From Bacteroidota bacterium (GTDB taxonomy: Bacteria; Bacteroidota; Ignavibacteria; UBA10030; BY39), in assembly GCA_030682385.1 (NCBI GenBank), contig JAUXOG010000067.1, forward strand, positions 8,790-72,789: a stretch of 64,000 nt of DNA. The letters are read 5' to 3'. This document shows, piece by piece, positions 19,024-30,028 of this stretch. The translations under genes and the position numbers were made by a program. The notes beneath the pieces are model-generated. The model was not told the origin of the DNA. It ran no database searches and saw only the letters and a list, made by a program, of their open reading frames with translations. Position 1 is the stretch's first letter, and the number at the start of each line of letters is the position of its first letter.

Positions 19024-20739
19024 ATGAAAAATGCATTTATTATTTTTTTTATTGCTTTCACTTTATTAATCAGTTTTTTTGATAGCGAGATAGTTTTAGC
19101 TCAAAATATTAAAAGGTTACAAAATTTTGTTGATGACCGAAAAAACAAAATAGACCCTTCATTTTTAATAGATGATTCTTCGCGAACAATTAATGTGGGG
19201 AAGTTACAAAACCAAAATGTATTACAACTGCTAACCGATACAACCGGCTGCCCGACTGAGTTGACAACGGAGATGAGACTTACTCCAGATATTGGTGGAT
19301 ATCCAACAATAGCACAACAGGGCGAAGATTACATACATCTAACATGGGATTTTGATGGTGATAAATTAATGTATGCGCGCTCGATCGATCAGGGTATTAC
19401 ATTCAATGTAAGAGACATAACAGATACAATTATGTTTCCTAAAGGTGTTGCATCGGCAAGAATATTAGCAAGCGAAAAATATGTCTATTTATTTTTCCTT
19501 TCGATGAGTGGAGGACAAGACATATCGCCTGTTTATATGATTCGTTCATCAGATAGAGGTGAAACATTTGATACCCCCCGTATTACAACTAATATGAATG
19601 CAGTTACAGCTACATTTCAGTGGCAGGCAATTTCAGGAGACACAATAGTTTTATTACACAATCGTTATTTACACTATTCCACAAGTGCCGGTAATACCTG
19701 GCGAACAAAAAGGAATCGCTTGAGTTTTTTGCTAAAGGAATCGCGTTATGGTTTAAATAAAATTATAATTAATAACGGCATTGTACACATCATATATGAA
19801 AAATATATATATAACAAATATCGGAGACGATATGTAAAAGAAGTTTTATACCGACGGACAGCAAATTTAGGCAGGAGTTGGAGCCGTCAGCGAGTGCTTT
19901 CAGCTATAGATGGAAATACATCGTGGAACCCATTAGGTTTAACAGCTTCAATAAACGGAGATATATATGCTAGCTGGCGTGAGCATAGGCTTGGTAGTTA
20001 CAACGGATTGAGTGGTAGTTTTGCATATCGCAAGTCGGAGGATAATGGATTGAGCTGGGGACCAGAAATTGCATTAACACAAACACCCGAGGCATATCCC
20101 GCTGTAATGCCAATACATGTTAACAGTTACACAGGTAATCCCGTAGCAGTTGTATGGACAAAAGACACAACAAACATTTTCTTTGGTCCTTTTATTTCAC
20201 AAGTAAAGGCACGGATATCTTTAAATAGAGGTAATACCTGGTGTCCGGAAGTACAAATCACACCGGAAGATAATTCAGGTGCCAATGCAGTTTGTGTTTT
20301 AAATTCGCGTATATTAATACTTTATAGTAAAAATATGTTACCAGGACTTGGTGAGTGGGCTATCCATATGAGATCTGCCCCTTTTAAAATACATTCATCA
20401 TCTCAGTTTCAAAATAACGGTGGGGGCGAACTTGGCAGTGAAGAACTTGGAAAAATTATACTTGAGCAGAACTATCCCAATCCATTTAATTCTAATACAA
20501 ATATTGTATTTTACGTACCATCATTTATTGAAAGCCCTGTTGTTACATTAAAGGTATATAATCTGCTGGGGCAGGAGGTATCAGCGATAATTGAAAACGA
20601 ACAAATCGAAAGCGGCGAACATACGAAAGAATTTAATGCTGCACACCTGTCATCTGGTGTGTATTATTATCAGTTGAATGTTAGAGATGACGAAGGACAA
20701 GTATATAGAGAAATGAAGAAATTATTGATAATTAAATAG
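19024..20739 (+). CDS. Secreted BNR/Asp-box repeat (sialidase-like beta-propeller) protein with a T9SS C-terminal sorting domain
   Basis: Signal peptide. SxDxGxTW-type repeats (SSDRGETF, STSAGNTW, SEDNGLSW, SLNRGNTW). C-terminal NYPNPFNSNTNIVFYVP...GVYYYQL CTD. Confidence 0.7.
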   Translation: MKNAFIIFFIAFTLLISFFDSEIVLAQNIKRLQNFVDDRKNKIDPSFLIDDSSRTINVGKLQNQNVLQLLTDTTGCPTELTTEMRLTPDIGGYPTIAQQGEDYIHLTWDFDGDKLMYARSIDQGITFNVRDITDTIMFPKGVASARILASEKYVYLFFLSMSGGQDISPVYMIRSSDRGETFDTPRITTNMNAVTATFQWQAISGDTIVLLHNRYLHYSTSAGNTWRTKRNRLSFLLKESRYGLNKIIINNGIVHIIYEKYIYNKYRRRYVKEVLYRRTANLGRSWSRQRVLSAIDGNTSWNPLGLTASINGDIYASWREHRLGSYNGLSGSFAYRKSEDNGLSWGPEIALTQTPEAYPAVMPIHVNSYTGNPVAVVWTKDTTNIFFGPFISQVKARISLNRGNTWCPEVQITPEDNSGANAVCVLNSRILILYSKNMLPGLGEWAIHMRSAPFKIHSSSQFQNNGGGELGSEELGKIILEQNYPNPFNSNTNIVFYVPSFIESPVVTLKVYNLLGQEVSAIIENEQIESGEHTKEFNAAHLSSGVYYYQLNVRDDEGQVYREMKKLLIIK

Positions 20740-20790
20740 CTAAACAAATGTTAAATAGTATTATTAACAAAACTAAATTACAAAATTAAA

Positions 20791-23700
20791 ATGAAAGGGA
20801 AAAAAATGAAAACTGTACATTTTTTATTGAGTCTAATTTTTTCAATTAGTACCTGCGTAGTTCAGGCGGACGAATGGAAGTCGTTGAATGGTCCACCTGC
20901 AGGAGCCGCGGTACGAGATTTTTCTGTTGTCAATTCCACAATCTATGCAGCCGATGCAGTTCGACTATCAAAATCAATAAATACAGGTGTTAATTGGTCG
21001 CAAACACTGGCTTTGGTCGAAATGCCGTTAGTTGTATCGGCAAATCCAGCCAATGCAAACCTGTTAATAGTTGGCAAGCTTGATACAATTAAATATTCAA
21101 GCAACGGTGGTGATTCGTGGAGAAACATAGAAACATTAATGAAGCCAAATCGGCTTACTCGCTCACCCGATGTTTCTACTTTTGATAAAGTTTATCTCGG
21201 CACAAATTTTAAACCTGATAATTCATCATTAAGGAATTCAACTGATAATGGGTGGGGATGGAGTGATATCGGTTATTTTCATTCTTCAGCTACTGCAACA
21301 AATATAACCGATATTGCAGTAAAAACGGGTACAAATAGTATAGAAATTTGGGTATGCGGGACGAAGAAAGGTATAAGCACAGTATATAATCCTAAACGGG
21401 GAGTTTGGCGAACGACAGACGGTGGAGTTAATTGGAATTATATCGGGTTGTATGATAAAGAAGTTACAGCCATAGCTGTGCACCAAAATATAGTTATGGC
21501 AGGCGATGCCGCAGGTAAGTTGTATCAGAAGGATGGTATTTCAGATTTTCTGCCAGTTCCCGGATTCAAGAGTACTGATGCAAAAAAGGTAAATAATATA
21601 CAGAGAATCAATGATAAATGGTATGTTGGAGCCAAAACAGGAGCATTCCGGCTTGATAATGCAGTATGGAAACATGTATTGAAAGGTCGCAATGTCTTTT
21701 CAATTAAATCGGATAATAATACAATATATGCTGGAACCGACCGAGGTCTGATGAAATCTACGGACTATGGTGAAAGTTGGAGTGAGGTAAATTATACAAG
21801 CACTCGTAGTACTGGTGTATATAGCGTTGTCTCTAAAGATAATTATGTATTAGCATTACACAAAGAAAGTAGTAAATATTTTATCATCAGCCGTTATGAA
21901 AACGGTGTATGGGAAAAGATAATCGACACTTTTTTAGAAGACAAATTTATAGGTAGAAATATCATATTTCACCCGTCAATTGATACTGTTGTTTTTGCTG
22001 TAGGTTCAATAGATACTGCTGGTGATCGAGCAGTTATATATAAATCGATCGATAGAGGATTAAATTGGTATAGAGTATTTACATCAACCGGTAAAGGTGG
22101 GCAGATACGGGTTGAGGGGTTATCTTTTTCTAATGGCTGTAATAATATTTTTGCTTATGGCCGTTTTGGTAAGTTCAGTGGAGTTGAAAGAAATGTAATT
22201 GCCAGTACTGATAACCTCGGAGAATCGTGGAATGAAAATTATAACCCTGTAGATGGAGGGAATAAATTAGTGAGCGCTATCATTTCCCATCCAACGACAA
22301 CATCTTTATTTGCAGCTCTGCCCTCTGGAAGCATCAAAGGTTTATATCAAACAACAAATTGTGGTTTTGCATGGCCAAGGCATCAAGCTTTTAGAGGTAA
22401 ACCAATTTCTAGTCTTGCTATGGATATGAATAATCCAAGTTATCTATACACAAGTGGAGGAAGGTTTGTTTATAGGATTGGAATAAACAATACAGATACA
22501 TGTAGAATAGGAAAATTTAGTGGAGTAGATAATATTATTTTAAAACCTAATGTGAATGATAACTTATTTGCTATTGTTAGATTCGCTGGAAAAGATAGTA
22601 TAGTCAGATATTTAGGAGGTAGTAATTTACTCCAGAGCTGGGAAGTTTTCGGCGATAGGTTGCCAAGGAAAAAACATATTAATCAAATCTCATTTTCAAT
22701 AACACATAGTGATACATTATATGCTGCAAGTGATTCAGGTGTTTACAAAATCTATGCGCCGACTAAGCCAATTTCAATTGCGTGTCCTGATGGATTTAAT
22801 AAAATTGCTTCTATCGGCTCTGATGAACAATTAATAATAAAAGAAACGTTCACAATAGAATCAGATCAAACAATGTTAATAGATGCAGGCGCAACACTTA
22901 TTTTTTCACCGGGTGCACAACTTCGTGTAAATGGTCATTTAATTGTTCAGGGTACACCTGAAAATAAAGTCCGTTTTATATCCGAGAATCCATCTCAGCG
23001 CTGGGGCGGAATTTATCTTGCAAAAGATTCACGTGCCGATATCGAGAACGTTGAAATCACCGGTGCGGTTGCCGGTATTATCGGCACAAAAGCTGAATTG
23101 AATATGAGTAACTCAGACATAAAGAATTGCTTAATCGGTGTAGGGCTTTATGGTAAAACAAGTGAACCATCACAGATAAATTTTACAAACATCGAACAGA
23201 ATGCCTGGGGCATAGCCACACTTGACGGCAGTGATGCGGTGATAAAAAATAGCCGTATTGCTGGCGGTCAGAAAGGTGTTTTAATCGAAGCAAGTTCTCC
23301 GGAGTTTTACGGTAATACCATTAGCGATAACAGCCAAGTCGGAGCTGTCATATATGCCAACGGTTATGCCCGATTCGGCAGCATCTCACCAAATCAACAA
23401 GGTTCAAATATCATTTCAAATAATGGAAGCGCGCAAATTCTTGCTTTCAACGGATATGCATTTCTCGGTTACACGGATGGCAATTTTGTTCTCGGCGGTA
23501 ATAATACAGTTATCACTCCCGACCCTTACATTCCTATCGCTGTAACTCTTAATAATTCACAAATGAATGCAATGCTTACAAACTGGGGTACAACCAACGT
23601 AAACCAAAATGATTTTATTACTGATGCAACATCACAAATTGCTTATACTACGCCATTATATGATCCTGAAGAAATTGATATGATGTTTTCAGATGCAATG

Positions 23701-24546
23701 CAATATCGCTCAACAGGTAATCATGGATATGCAATATACAATTATCAAAACATAATCAATTATGGTGATTCGCACGAGGCAGTCCGGGCATTTGTTGAGC
23801 TTCGGGAAACATATACGGAACTATTGAATGCCGAAACCGATCAGATGGCGCAGTGGCGTAGTTATTTGCAGACTCTACATCAACATCCAAATCCGTTAAT
23901 CGTCAGGTCTGCCGTTGTATGGTTAGCACACGAGTATGCAAATGCCGATATGCTTGAAGAGGCGCTTGCTAAATATGAGTCGGCACTCTCGCTTCCTCTT
24001 AGTAATGATACTCGAATTTCGGTATTGTTATCAAAGATGTTATTAGAAGGTTATGAGTCGGATTATATAGATGCAGCAGAAGAAACATTCCAACAGCTTA
24101 AAACACAATTTCCAAATGATGAACGGACACAACTTGCTCAACTGCATTATGAACTGCTTTCGAGCGAGCAGTCGGTTGAATTGTTTGCTAAAACATCCGG
24201 TTTTAAAGTGTTGATGCGCGAACTGCCCAAATTTCTAAAAGCTGAGCAAAAATTAAATAGCATACCTCAAGAATTTAGGATTGAACAAAATTATCCTAAT
24301 CCGTTTAATCCGAGCACGCTTATAAAATACCAGCTTCCGCAAGCTAACAAGGTCGAGATAAAGATTTACAATATCTTCGGACAGGAAGTGAAGAAGTTAG
24401 TAGATGAAGTGAAAGATGCAGGATATTATGAGATAGTTTGGAACAGCGACAACAACACGGGCAGCCATGTTGCAAGCGGTGTTTATCTTTACAGGCTAAT
24501 TGCTGGCTCGTACACATCTGTAAAGAAGATGATCCTGATGAGGTAA
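20791..24546 (+). CDS. Large secreted protein with BNR/Asp-box repeats, a right-handed beta-helix region, and a T9SS C-terminal sorting domain
   Basis: 1251 aa with a signal peptide and multiple SxDxGxSW repeats. NxxGxxI/V beta-helix-like repeats at aa 700-900. C-terminal NYPNPFNPSTLIKYQLP...GVYLYRL CTD. Confidence 0.7.
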   Translation: MKGKKMKTVHFLLSLIFSISTCVVQADEWKSLNGPPAGAAVRDFSVVNSTIYAADAVRLSKSINTGVNWSQTLALVEMPLVVSANPANANLLIVGKLDTIKYSSNGGDSWRNIETLMKPNRLTRSPDVSTFDKVYLGTNFKPDNSSLRNSTDNGWGWSDIGYFHSSATATNITDIAVKTGTNSIEIWVCGTKKGISTVYNPKRGVWRTTDGGVNWNYIGLYDKEVTAIAVHQNIVMAGDAAGKLYQKDGISDFLPVPGFKSTDAKKVNNIQRINDKWYVGAKTGAFRLDNAVWKHVLKGRNVFSIKSDNNTIYAGTDRGLMKSTDYGESWSEVNYTSTRSTGVYSVVSKDNYVLALHKESSKYFIISRYENGVWEKIIDTFLEDKFIGRNIIFHPSIDTVVFAVGSIDTAGDRAVIYKSIDRGLNWYRVFTSTGKGGQIRVEGLSFSNGCNNIFAYGRFGKFSGVERNVIASTDNLGESWNENYNPVDGGNKLVSAIISHPTTTSLFAALPSGSIKGLYQTTNCGFAWPRHQAFRGKPISSLAMDMNNPSYLYTSGGRFVYRIGINNTDTCRIGKFSGVDNIILKPNVNDNLFAIVRFAGKDSIVRYLGGSNLLQSWEVFGDRLPRKKHINQISFSITHSDTLYAASDSGVYKIYAPTKPISIACPDGFNKIASIGSDEQLIIKETFTIESDQTMLIDAGATLIFSPGAQLRVNGHLIVQGTPENKVRFISENPSQRWGGIYLAKDSRADIENVEITGAVAGIIGTKAELNMSNSDIKNCLIGVGLYGKTSEPSQINFTNIEQNAWGIATLDGSDAVIKNSRIAGGQKGVLIEASSPEFYGNTISDNSQVGAVIYANGYARFGSISPNQQGSNIISNNGSAQILAFNGYAFLGYTDGNFVLGGNNTVITPDPYIPIAVTLNNSQMNAMLTNWGTTNVNQNDFITDATSQIAYTTPLYDPEEIDMMFSDAMQYRSTGNHGYAIYNYQNIINYGDSHEAVRAFVELRETYTELLNAETDQMAQWRSYLQTLHQHPNPLIVRSAVVWLAHEYANADMLEEALAKYESALSLPLSNDTRISVLLSKMLLEGYESDYIDAAEETFQQLKTQFPNDERTQLAQLHYELLSSEQSVELFAKTSGFKVLMRELPKFLKAEQKLNSIPQEFRIEQNYPNPFNPSTLIKYQLPQANKVEIKIYNIFGQEVKKLVDEVKDAGYYEIVWNSDNNTGSHVASGVYLYRLIAGSYTSVKKMILMR

Positions 24547-24572
24547 AATTTCATTCTTAGATTTTTTAAAAG

Positions 24573-24616
24573 AGCCGATTCAGTCCGTTAGCTAACGGAT
24601 GGGTCGGCTTTTTTGT
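24573..24616 (+). terminator. Intrinsic terminator whose loop contains the TCCGTTAGCTAACGGA palindrome
   Basis: agccga ... tcggct stem plus tttttt. The palindrome at 24584-24599 sits inside the loop. Confidence 0.6.
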
Positions 24617-24643
24617 TAAATTCCCTCCAATTTTCTATATTTA
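24607..24643 (+). promoter_or_regulatory. Conserved 33-nt motif. Candidate hemE promoter (TTTG, 20-nt spacer, TATATTTA)
   Basis: Near-identical copy of 18688-18720. The TAnnTTTa-like element ends 17 nt upstream of the hemE ATG. Confidence 0.4.
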
Positions 24644-24660
24644 ACAAAAACTATTTAATT

Positions 24661-25710
24661 ATGAAATTACAAAACGATTTATTCTTAAAAGCATGTAAAC
24701 GCCAGCCGATCGAACGAACGCCGATCTGGATAATGCGACAGGCGGGGCGATATTTACCTGAATACAGAGCAATCCGTGCAAAGACGGATTTCCTCACGCT
24801 TTGCAAAACTCCTGAACTCGCAGCCGAAGTTACAATTCAACCTGTGGATATCATCGGTGTGGATGCTGCGATAATTTTTTCCGATATACTCGTTATTCCC
24901 GAAGCTATGGGAATGGAGCTAATTGTAGAAGAAGGCAAAGGCGGACCGCAATTCCCTTCACCTGTTCGCAGCACATCCGAAATTAATAAACTCGCGATTC
25001 CCGACCCATACGATAAATTAAAATATGTAATGGATGCACTGAGTTTAACAAAACAAAATTTGGAAGGGCGTGTTCCGCTCATCGGTTTTTCAGGTTCACC
25101 CTGGACGCTGGCAACCTACATGGTTGAAGGAAGAGGAAAGCAGGAATTTAAAATTATTACCGAACTGATAAATGAACGACCAAAAGATGCTCACAAACTT
25201 TTGGATAAACTCGCCCGCTCAGCCGCTGATTATTTGAGCGCTCAAATTGAATCGGGTGCGAACGCAGTTCAGATATTCGACACGTGGGGCGGGATTCTTC
25301 CACAAGAACAGTTCGAAGAATTTTCTCTGCGTTACATAGAGCAAATTATTGCAAGCATAAAACGCAAGGATGAGCCAGTGATTGTTTTCTGCAAAGACTG
25401 CGGGCATGCCCTTGAAGCAATTGCAAACACAGGATGCGATGTGGTTGGATTAGATTGGACAGTTGATATCGGTGAGGCACGAAAATTAATCGGCAATAAA
25501 GTGGCACTTCAGGGAAACATGAATCCTCACAAGCTTTATGAGGATGAGGAAAAAATACGCGAAGAAGCAAAGTCGATACTTGAGAAATTCAGTAAAGGCA
25601 GCGGACACGTTTTTAATTTAGGTCACGGAATTCTACCCGATGTTCCTGTTGCACATGCAAAAGCATTGGTAGATGCCGTGAAAGAAGAGAGTGTTAAATA
25701 CCATAAGTAG
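24661..25710 (+). CDS. hemE: Uroporphyrinogen decarboxylase
   Basis: PIWIMRQAGRYLPEY N-terminal signature. Start placed at MKLQNDLF (24661), not the track start. Confidence 0.9.
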   Translation: MKLQNDLFLKACKRQPIERTPIWIMRQAGRYLPEYRAIRAKTDFLTLCKTPELAAEVTIQPVDIIGVDAAIIFSDILVIPEAMGMELIVEEGKGGPQFPSPVRSTSEINKLAIPDPYDKLKYVMDALSLTKQNLEGRVPLIGFSGSPWTLATYMVEGRGKQEFKIITELINERPKDAHKLLDKLARSAADYLSAQIESGANAVQIFDTWGGILPQEQFEEFSLRYIEQIIASIKRKDEPVIVFCKDCGHALEAIANTGCDVVGLDWTVDIGEARKLIGNKVALQGNMNPHKLYEDEEKIREEAKSILEKFSKGSGHVFNLGHGILPDVPVAHAKALVDAVKEESVKYHK

Positions 25711-25711
25711 A

Positions 25712-26689
25712 ATGGATAATAAAAAAACGGCAGTAATACTTTTTCAGTTAGGTGGGCCGGATTCGCTTGATGCGGTCGAACAGTTTCTCTACAACCTATT
25801 CTGCGATCCTGACATTTTCGATTTTCCTTTAGCATTTCTTTTGCGTAAACCATTAGCGGCAATTCTTTCACAATCTCGCGCACGTGTGGTTAAACATCAC
25901 TATATCACGATCGGTGGTAAATCGCCAATACTCGAACTCACACGTCTTCAAGCCGATGCACTCGAAACCGAACTCCGTAAACATATTGATGCAAAAGTTT
26001 TCGTTGCTATGCGGTACTTTTCCCCGACAATTGAATCGGTGGTTACAAGTTTATCAAAATCGGATTTCGACCGTTTCATTTTGTTTCCTCTTTATCCACA
26101 CTACTCAAAACCAACTTCAGGCTCTAGTTTTAATGAATGGAACCGACAGTGTAAAAAAGTAAAGTTCCAGCCGAATCAAGAAATCTCTATAAATAATTTC
26201 CACGATAATGATTTATATATTGATTCGTTGGTTGATCAAATTAATAATTCGTATAAGAAGTTTGAGAACATACCCGCAAAAGAAATTCACATCGTTTTCA
26301 GTGCACACGGAGTTCCCGAAAGTTTAATAGCAGCGGGCGACCCGTATAAAAGTCAAACAGAGCGGACTGTTGAATTAGTTACTCAGCGGGGAAAATGGGA
26401 ATCGCCGCACACATTATGCTATCAGAGCAAAGTCGGACCTTTGAAGTGGTTGCAGCCAACTTTGCAGGATACGATAAAAAGATTAGCGGGAACCGGCACA
26501 CGATATTTGTTAGTAGTTCCGATATCTTTTGTATGCGAGCACATCGAAACGCTACACGAAATTGATATACAAACCCGCGCATTGGCAGAGGGGCTTGGTG
26601 TGAAGCAATTCGAGATGATGCCGGCTTTGAACGCACATCCGAAGTTTATTGAAGCGTTGAAACAGATGGTTTTAGAAGTAATTAAGTAA
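25712..26689 (+). CDS. hemH: Ferrochelatase
   Basis: Ferrochelatase fold, about 325 aa, immediately after hemE. Start chosen at MDNKKTAV so it does not overlap hemE. Confidence 0.8.
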   Translation: MDNKKTAVILFQLGGPDSLDAVEQFLYNLFCDPDIFDFPLAFLLRKPLAAILSQSRARVVKHHYITIGGKSPILELTRLQADALETELRKHIDAKVFVAMRYFSPTIESVVTSLSKSDFDRFILFPLYPHYSKPTSGSSFNEWNRQCKKVKFQPNQEISINNFHDNDLYIDSLVDQINNSYKKFENIPAKEIHIVFSAHGVPESLIAAGDPYKSQTERTVELVTQRGKWESPHTLCYQSKVGPLKWLQPTLQDTIKRLAGTGTRYLLVVPISFVCEHIETLHEIDIQTRALAEGLGVKQFEMMPALNAHPKFIEALKQMVLEVIK

Positions 26690-27003
26690 ATTGGTTCATT
26701 GAATCAATGCCCGCCTGCCTTAACGGATTCAATTTAGCGGGCAGGGATAAATTAACAAATGAAAGAATCTTTTCTGAATATCGAATAATGAATAATGAAG
26801 TGTGCCTTAGTGTCCGTCAACTGACGGATTTGTGTCTAGGTGACAAAAAGCTGAGCCACTAATTCCACGAATATGCACACGAATTAGTGTATATTAGTGT
26901 AACCTGCCCGACGGCAGGCGGGTTCGTGGCGAAAAATTAACCCACATGGTGTTAAAAATCTTCTCTGATAATTTAATAAATCTCTAATGACAAATTTGGA
27001 TCA

Positions 27004-28401
27004 ATGGTTTCACAAAAACTTAGAAAAAAAGTTGTAATAATAGGCGCTGGAATATCAGGATTAACAACTGCATACTGGCTTCAACAAAAAGGTATCGACG
27101 TAACTGTTCTTGAAAAAGATTCTGAAGTAGGCGGGACGATGAAAACTGTAAACGAAAACGGCTGGCTCGTGGAATCGGGTCCAAACAGCGCGCTTGAAAC
27201 GACACCGTTGTTCAACCAGCTATTTACCGACTTAGGAATTCTTGATGAACGCATTTACGCCCACGAAGCATCCAACAAGCGATATATATTGAGAGATAAT
27301 GTTTTGCATCCGTTACCGATGAACCTGCCCGCTTTTCTTAAAACAAAACTATGGAGTATAAAAGGAAAACTACGCTTACTAAAAGAACCTTTTATCGGTC
27401 GCGCTGAGAAGGAGGAATCTATTGCTGAGTTTGTAGAGAGAAGACTTGGACGAGAATTTTTAGATTATGCAATCAACCCTTTTGTAGCCGGTGTTTATGC
27501 GGGAAATCCGGAAGACCTTTCGGTTCGCTCTGCATTTCCAAAACTTTATGCACTCGAAGAAAAATACGGCGGGTTGATTAAGGGAATGATTAAAGGACGC
27601 AAGGAACGAAAGCAGCGCGCCGAGAAAGCAAAAGATTCGGCAAAAATGTTCTCGTTCAAAAACGGGATGCAAACATTGCCGAGAGCATTGAGCAAAGTGC
27701 TTGGAGATACGGTCCATTTAAATGCGAGTGTTATAAATATAATTCCGACTAAGATTGGCGAAAGAAGAATTTTTGTAACAACATATCAGCAGAATGGAGA
27801 AACAAAAAGTGTTGAAAGCGATGCTGTGATTTTAGCAGTTCCTTCATACGTTGCATCCAGCATTATAGAGCCAATCGATCCTGAAACTTCAAAAGTTCTG
27901 AACTCAATCTATTATCCTCCTGTAGCAGAGATAGTTTTGGGTTACGCGAAGGAAAATATAAATCGGGATTTGGATGGTTTCGGATATCTAATCCCTGCAA
28001 AAGAAAATCGAAAAATCTTGGGTACAATTTGGTCGTCAACAATTTTTCCGAATCGAGCGCCCGAAGGATTCGAATCGTTTACAACATTCGTAGGCGGTTC
28101 CCGCAGCCCTGATCTGTTAGAAAATAGCGATGAAAATATATTGGATATTACAAATTCAGAAGTGAAATCTTTAATCGGTATCAGTGGAAGTCCTGCTTTC
28201 AAAAAAATTATACGATGGGAGAAAGCAATTCCTCAGTATAAATTAGGATACTATAAAACTATCGCAACTATAGAGAGGTTTGAACAGAACTTCGGCGGCG
28301 CCTTTATTTGCAGCAACTACCGCGGCGGCATTTCGGTAGGTGATTGTGTGATGAGTGCGGAGAAAATCGCTGAATACGCTACAAAATATTTATCTAAATA
28401 G
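27004..28401 (+). CDS. hemY: Protoporphyrinogen oxidase (HemY-type FAD amine oxidase)
   Basis: VVIIGAGISGLTTAYWL...LEKDSEVGG dinucleotide fold. 465 aa, in the hemE-hemH neighbourhood. Confidence 0.75.
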   Translation: MVSQKLRKKVVIIGAGISGLTTAYWLQQKGIDVTVLEKDSEVGGTMKTVNENGWLVESGPNSALETTPLFNQLFTDLGILDERIYAHEASNKRYILRDNVLHPLPMNLPAFLKTKLWSIKGKLRLLKEPFIGRAEKEESIAEFVERRLGREFLDYAINPFVAGVYAGNPEDLSVRSAFPKLYALEEKYGGLIKGMIKGRKERKQRAEKAKDSAKMFSFKNGMQTLPRALSKVLGDTVHLNASVINIIPTKIGERRIFVTTYQQNGETKSVESDAVILAVPSYVASSIIEPIDPETSKVLNSIYYPPVAEIVLGYAKENINRDLDGFGYLIPAKENRKILGTIWSSTIFPNRAPEGFESFTTFVGGSRSPDLLENSDENILDITNSEVKSLIGISGSPAFKKIIRWEKAIPQYKLGYYKTIATIERFEQNFGGAFICSNYRGGISVGDCVMSAEKIAEYATKYLSK

Positions 28402-28481
28402 GCATAAAATTTCAAAAAAAAAATCAAGAGGCAAAAGGATTAATGGTCAGGGGTCTGTCTAAGTTTCTTATTACTCAACCT

Positions 28482-29342
28482 TTAAATTCTTATTGATAAA
28501 GTGACTTTGCTCGACCGTGTAGTATAGTCCGAGTAAAACTCAAACTTAATTTTATTATTTTCAACGTAAACTTTTTCCCCCTCACTGCTGATTGCATCGG
28601 AAATGTTAAATATGTAAATTGCGCCAGCAGCAATAAAGCATCCTAAGCTTATATCTTCATATAAATTGGTTTGGTCATTATAATAATCTCGGAGTGCCTG
28701 TGTCCTTGAGTTCTCAGCGTCTGTCTTTGCTGTTAATTTCAAATTGTGAAATATAAAAGCCGCAGAAACCAGTATTACTTCAGTTCCTGCGATCAGAAAT
28801 CCTTTTGTGTTTTGTCCTTTATATAATTGACCCCAACCCGGTAATAATGTTGAACGCCAAACAGGTGAGAAAGAACTTGGTGGTGATTCAAACCCCTTTG
28901 TTTTGGGAATCTTCACTAAGCTCCAAAAAGTGTATGACGTACCCTCAGTTTCTTGGTATCTTTCTTCTTCAATCAGACCCCGTATGGTTATAGACTTTCC
29001 ATCTATTGCCAATTCTCTCGCACTCTTTCTCACTAATTCGATAGATTGGTTGTTATTCAAATTTCGTTGTATGAGATACGAAGTATCACGCTGTGATGCA
29101 GTAACTACAATTTCTCTGCTCTGTTGGATTCGATAGATTGCATCTACCAGCGCTTTTTCATGTGCATCTGAATAAGAAGAATCGCTCGTGCCGATACCGA
29201 TAAAATAATCGTTGAGGTATCCTTTTGGTGTTTCGTCAATCCAGCGTGGGTGATCTGATTGGTTGCTTTGCGCGTTAGCCCGTAGGAGAAAAAATGCCAG
29301 CATCATTATCAATGCTGGCATTCGCTTGATTACTTTCAACAT
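28482..29342 (-). CDS. Hypothetical secreted/membrane protein, LPP20-like N-domain plus a C-terminal transmembrane segment
   Basis: Signal peptide MLKVIKRMPALIMMLAFFLLRANA. LLPGWGQLYKGQN is followed by a hydrophobic helix. Confidence 0.4.
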   Translation of the reverse strand: MLKVIKRMPALIMMLAFFLLRANAQSNQSDHPRWIDETPKGYLNDYFIGIGTSDSSYSDAHEKALVDAIYRIQQSREIVVTASQRDTSYLIQRNLNNNQSIELVRKSARELAIDGKSITIRGLIEEERYQETEGTSYTFWSLVKIPKTKGFESPPSSFSPVWRSTLLPGWGQLYKGQNTKGFLIAGTEVILVSAAFIFHNLKLTAKTDAENSRTQALRDYYNDQTNLYEDISLGCFIAAGAIYIFNISDAISSEGEKVYVENNKIKFEFYSDYTTRSSKVTLSIRI

Positions 29343-29350
29343 TATGATCC

Positions 29351-29953
29351 TTACTTAGATTGGTCTTTGAGTTCTTTCAAAAGATCATCAGCAACTTTTT
29401 CGGCTTTCTGGTTATTTTCCTTTTGGGCTTGCTTCTTCATTTCATCATATGCGCCATAAAGCGATGCCTGATAATCTTTCTTTGAGATTTTTAGACGAGT
29501 GTAGCAATTGTAAGAATATGTCAGACCGCTTGGCTCGTTCTTCTCAACTTTTTCCCAATACGATTCCGGGCTGGTAACGCCCATGATTCGTTTGGTATCG
29601 GATACCCAAGCAATTGCAAACGAGCTATAACGACCGACATCACCATCGCTCATGTTGGCGCCTTGCAACGCTTGAGTAGTTTGTGTTTTAACTTCGTTCC
29701 CCATTGTGTTAACAAGCTTTTGCATACCGTCTGCATTGGCTTGATTCATGCCGAAGGACATATCGTATGCTTTGGTCATAACACCTGTAACGTAGAGATC
29801 ACCGTCTGTGAACTCGCTCGTTTTCATGAGCCAATCGGGCTTACTTGAAGTGCTTGCATTGATTGTTTTTTCTTCACCGATTTGCATTTCTTTGGAGCCG
29901 GAGCAGCCGAAGATTGAAAAGGCAAGTACTAAAATTAAAGCTATGAATTTCAT
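29351..29953 (-). CDS. Hypothetical lipoprotein (LPP20-like)
   Basis: Lipobox LAFSIFGCSG. DGDLYVTGVMTKAY resembles the LPP20 family. Confidence 0.45.
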   Translation of the reverse strand: MKFIALILVLAFSIFGCSGSKEMQIGEEKTINASTSSKPDWLMKTSEFTDGDLYVTGVMTKAYDMSFGMNQANADGMQKLVNTMGNEVKTQTTQALQGANMSDGDVGRYSSFAIAWVSDTKRIMGVTSPESYWEKVEKNEPSGLTYSYNCYTRLKISKKDYQASLYGAYDEMKKQAQKENNQKAEKVADDLLKELKDQSK

Positions 29954-30028
29954 AAGAGTCTCCTTATTTTAATGATTGATGTTGGATGAACTTCAGTTCG
30001 TCATATATGTAAAATGAAGTTTGGATTG

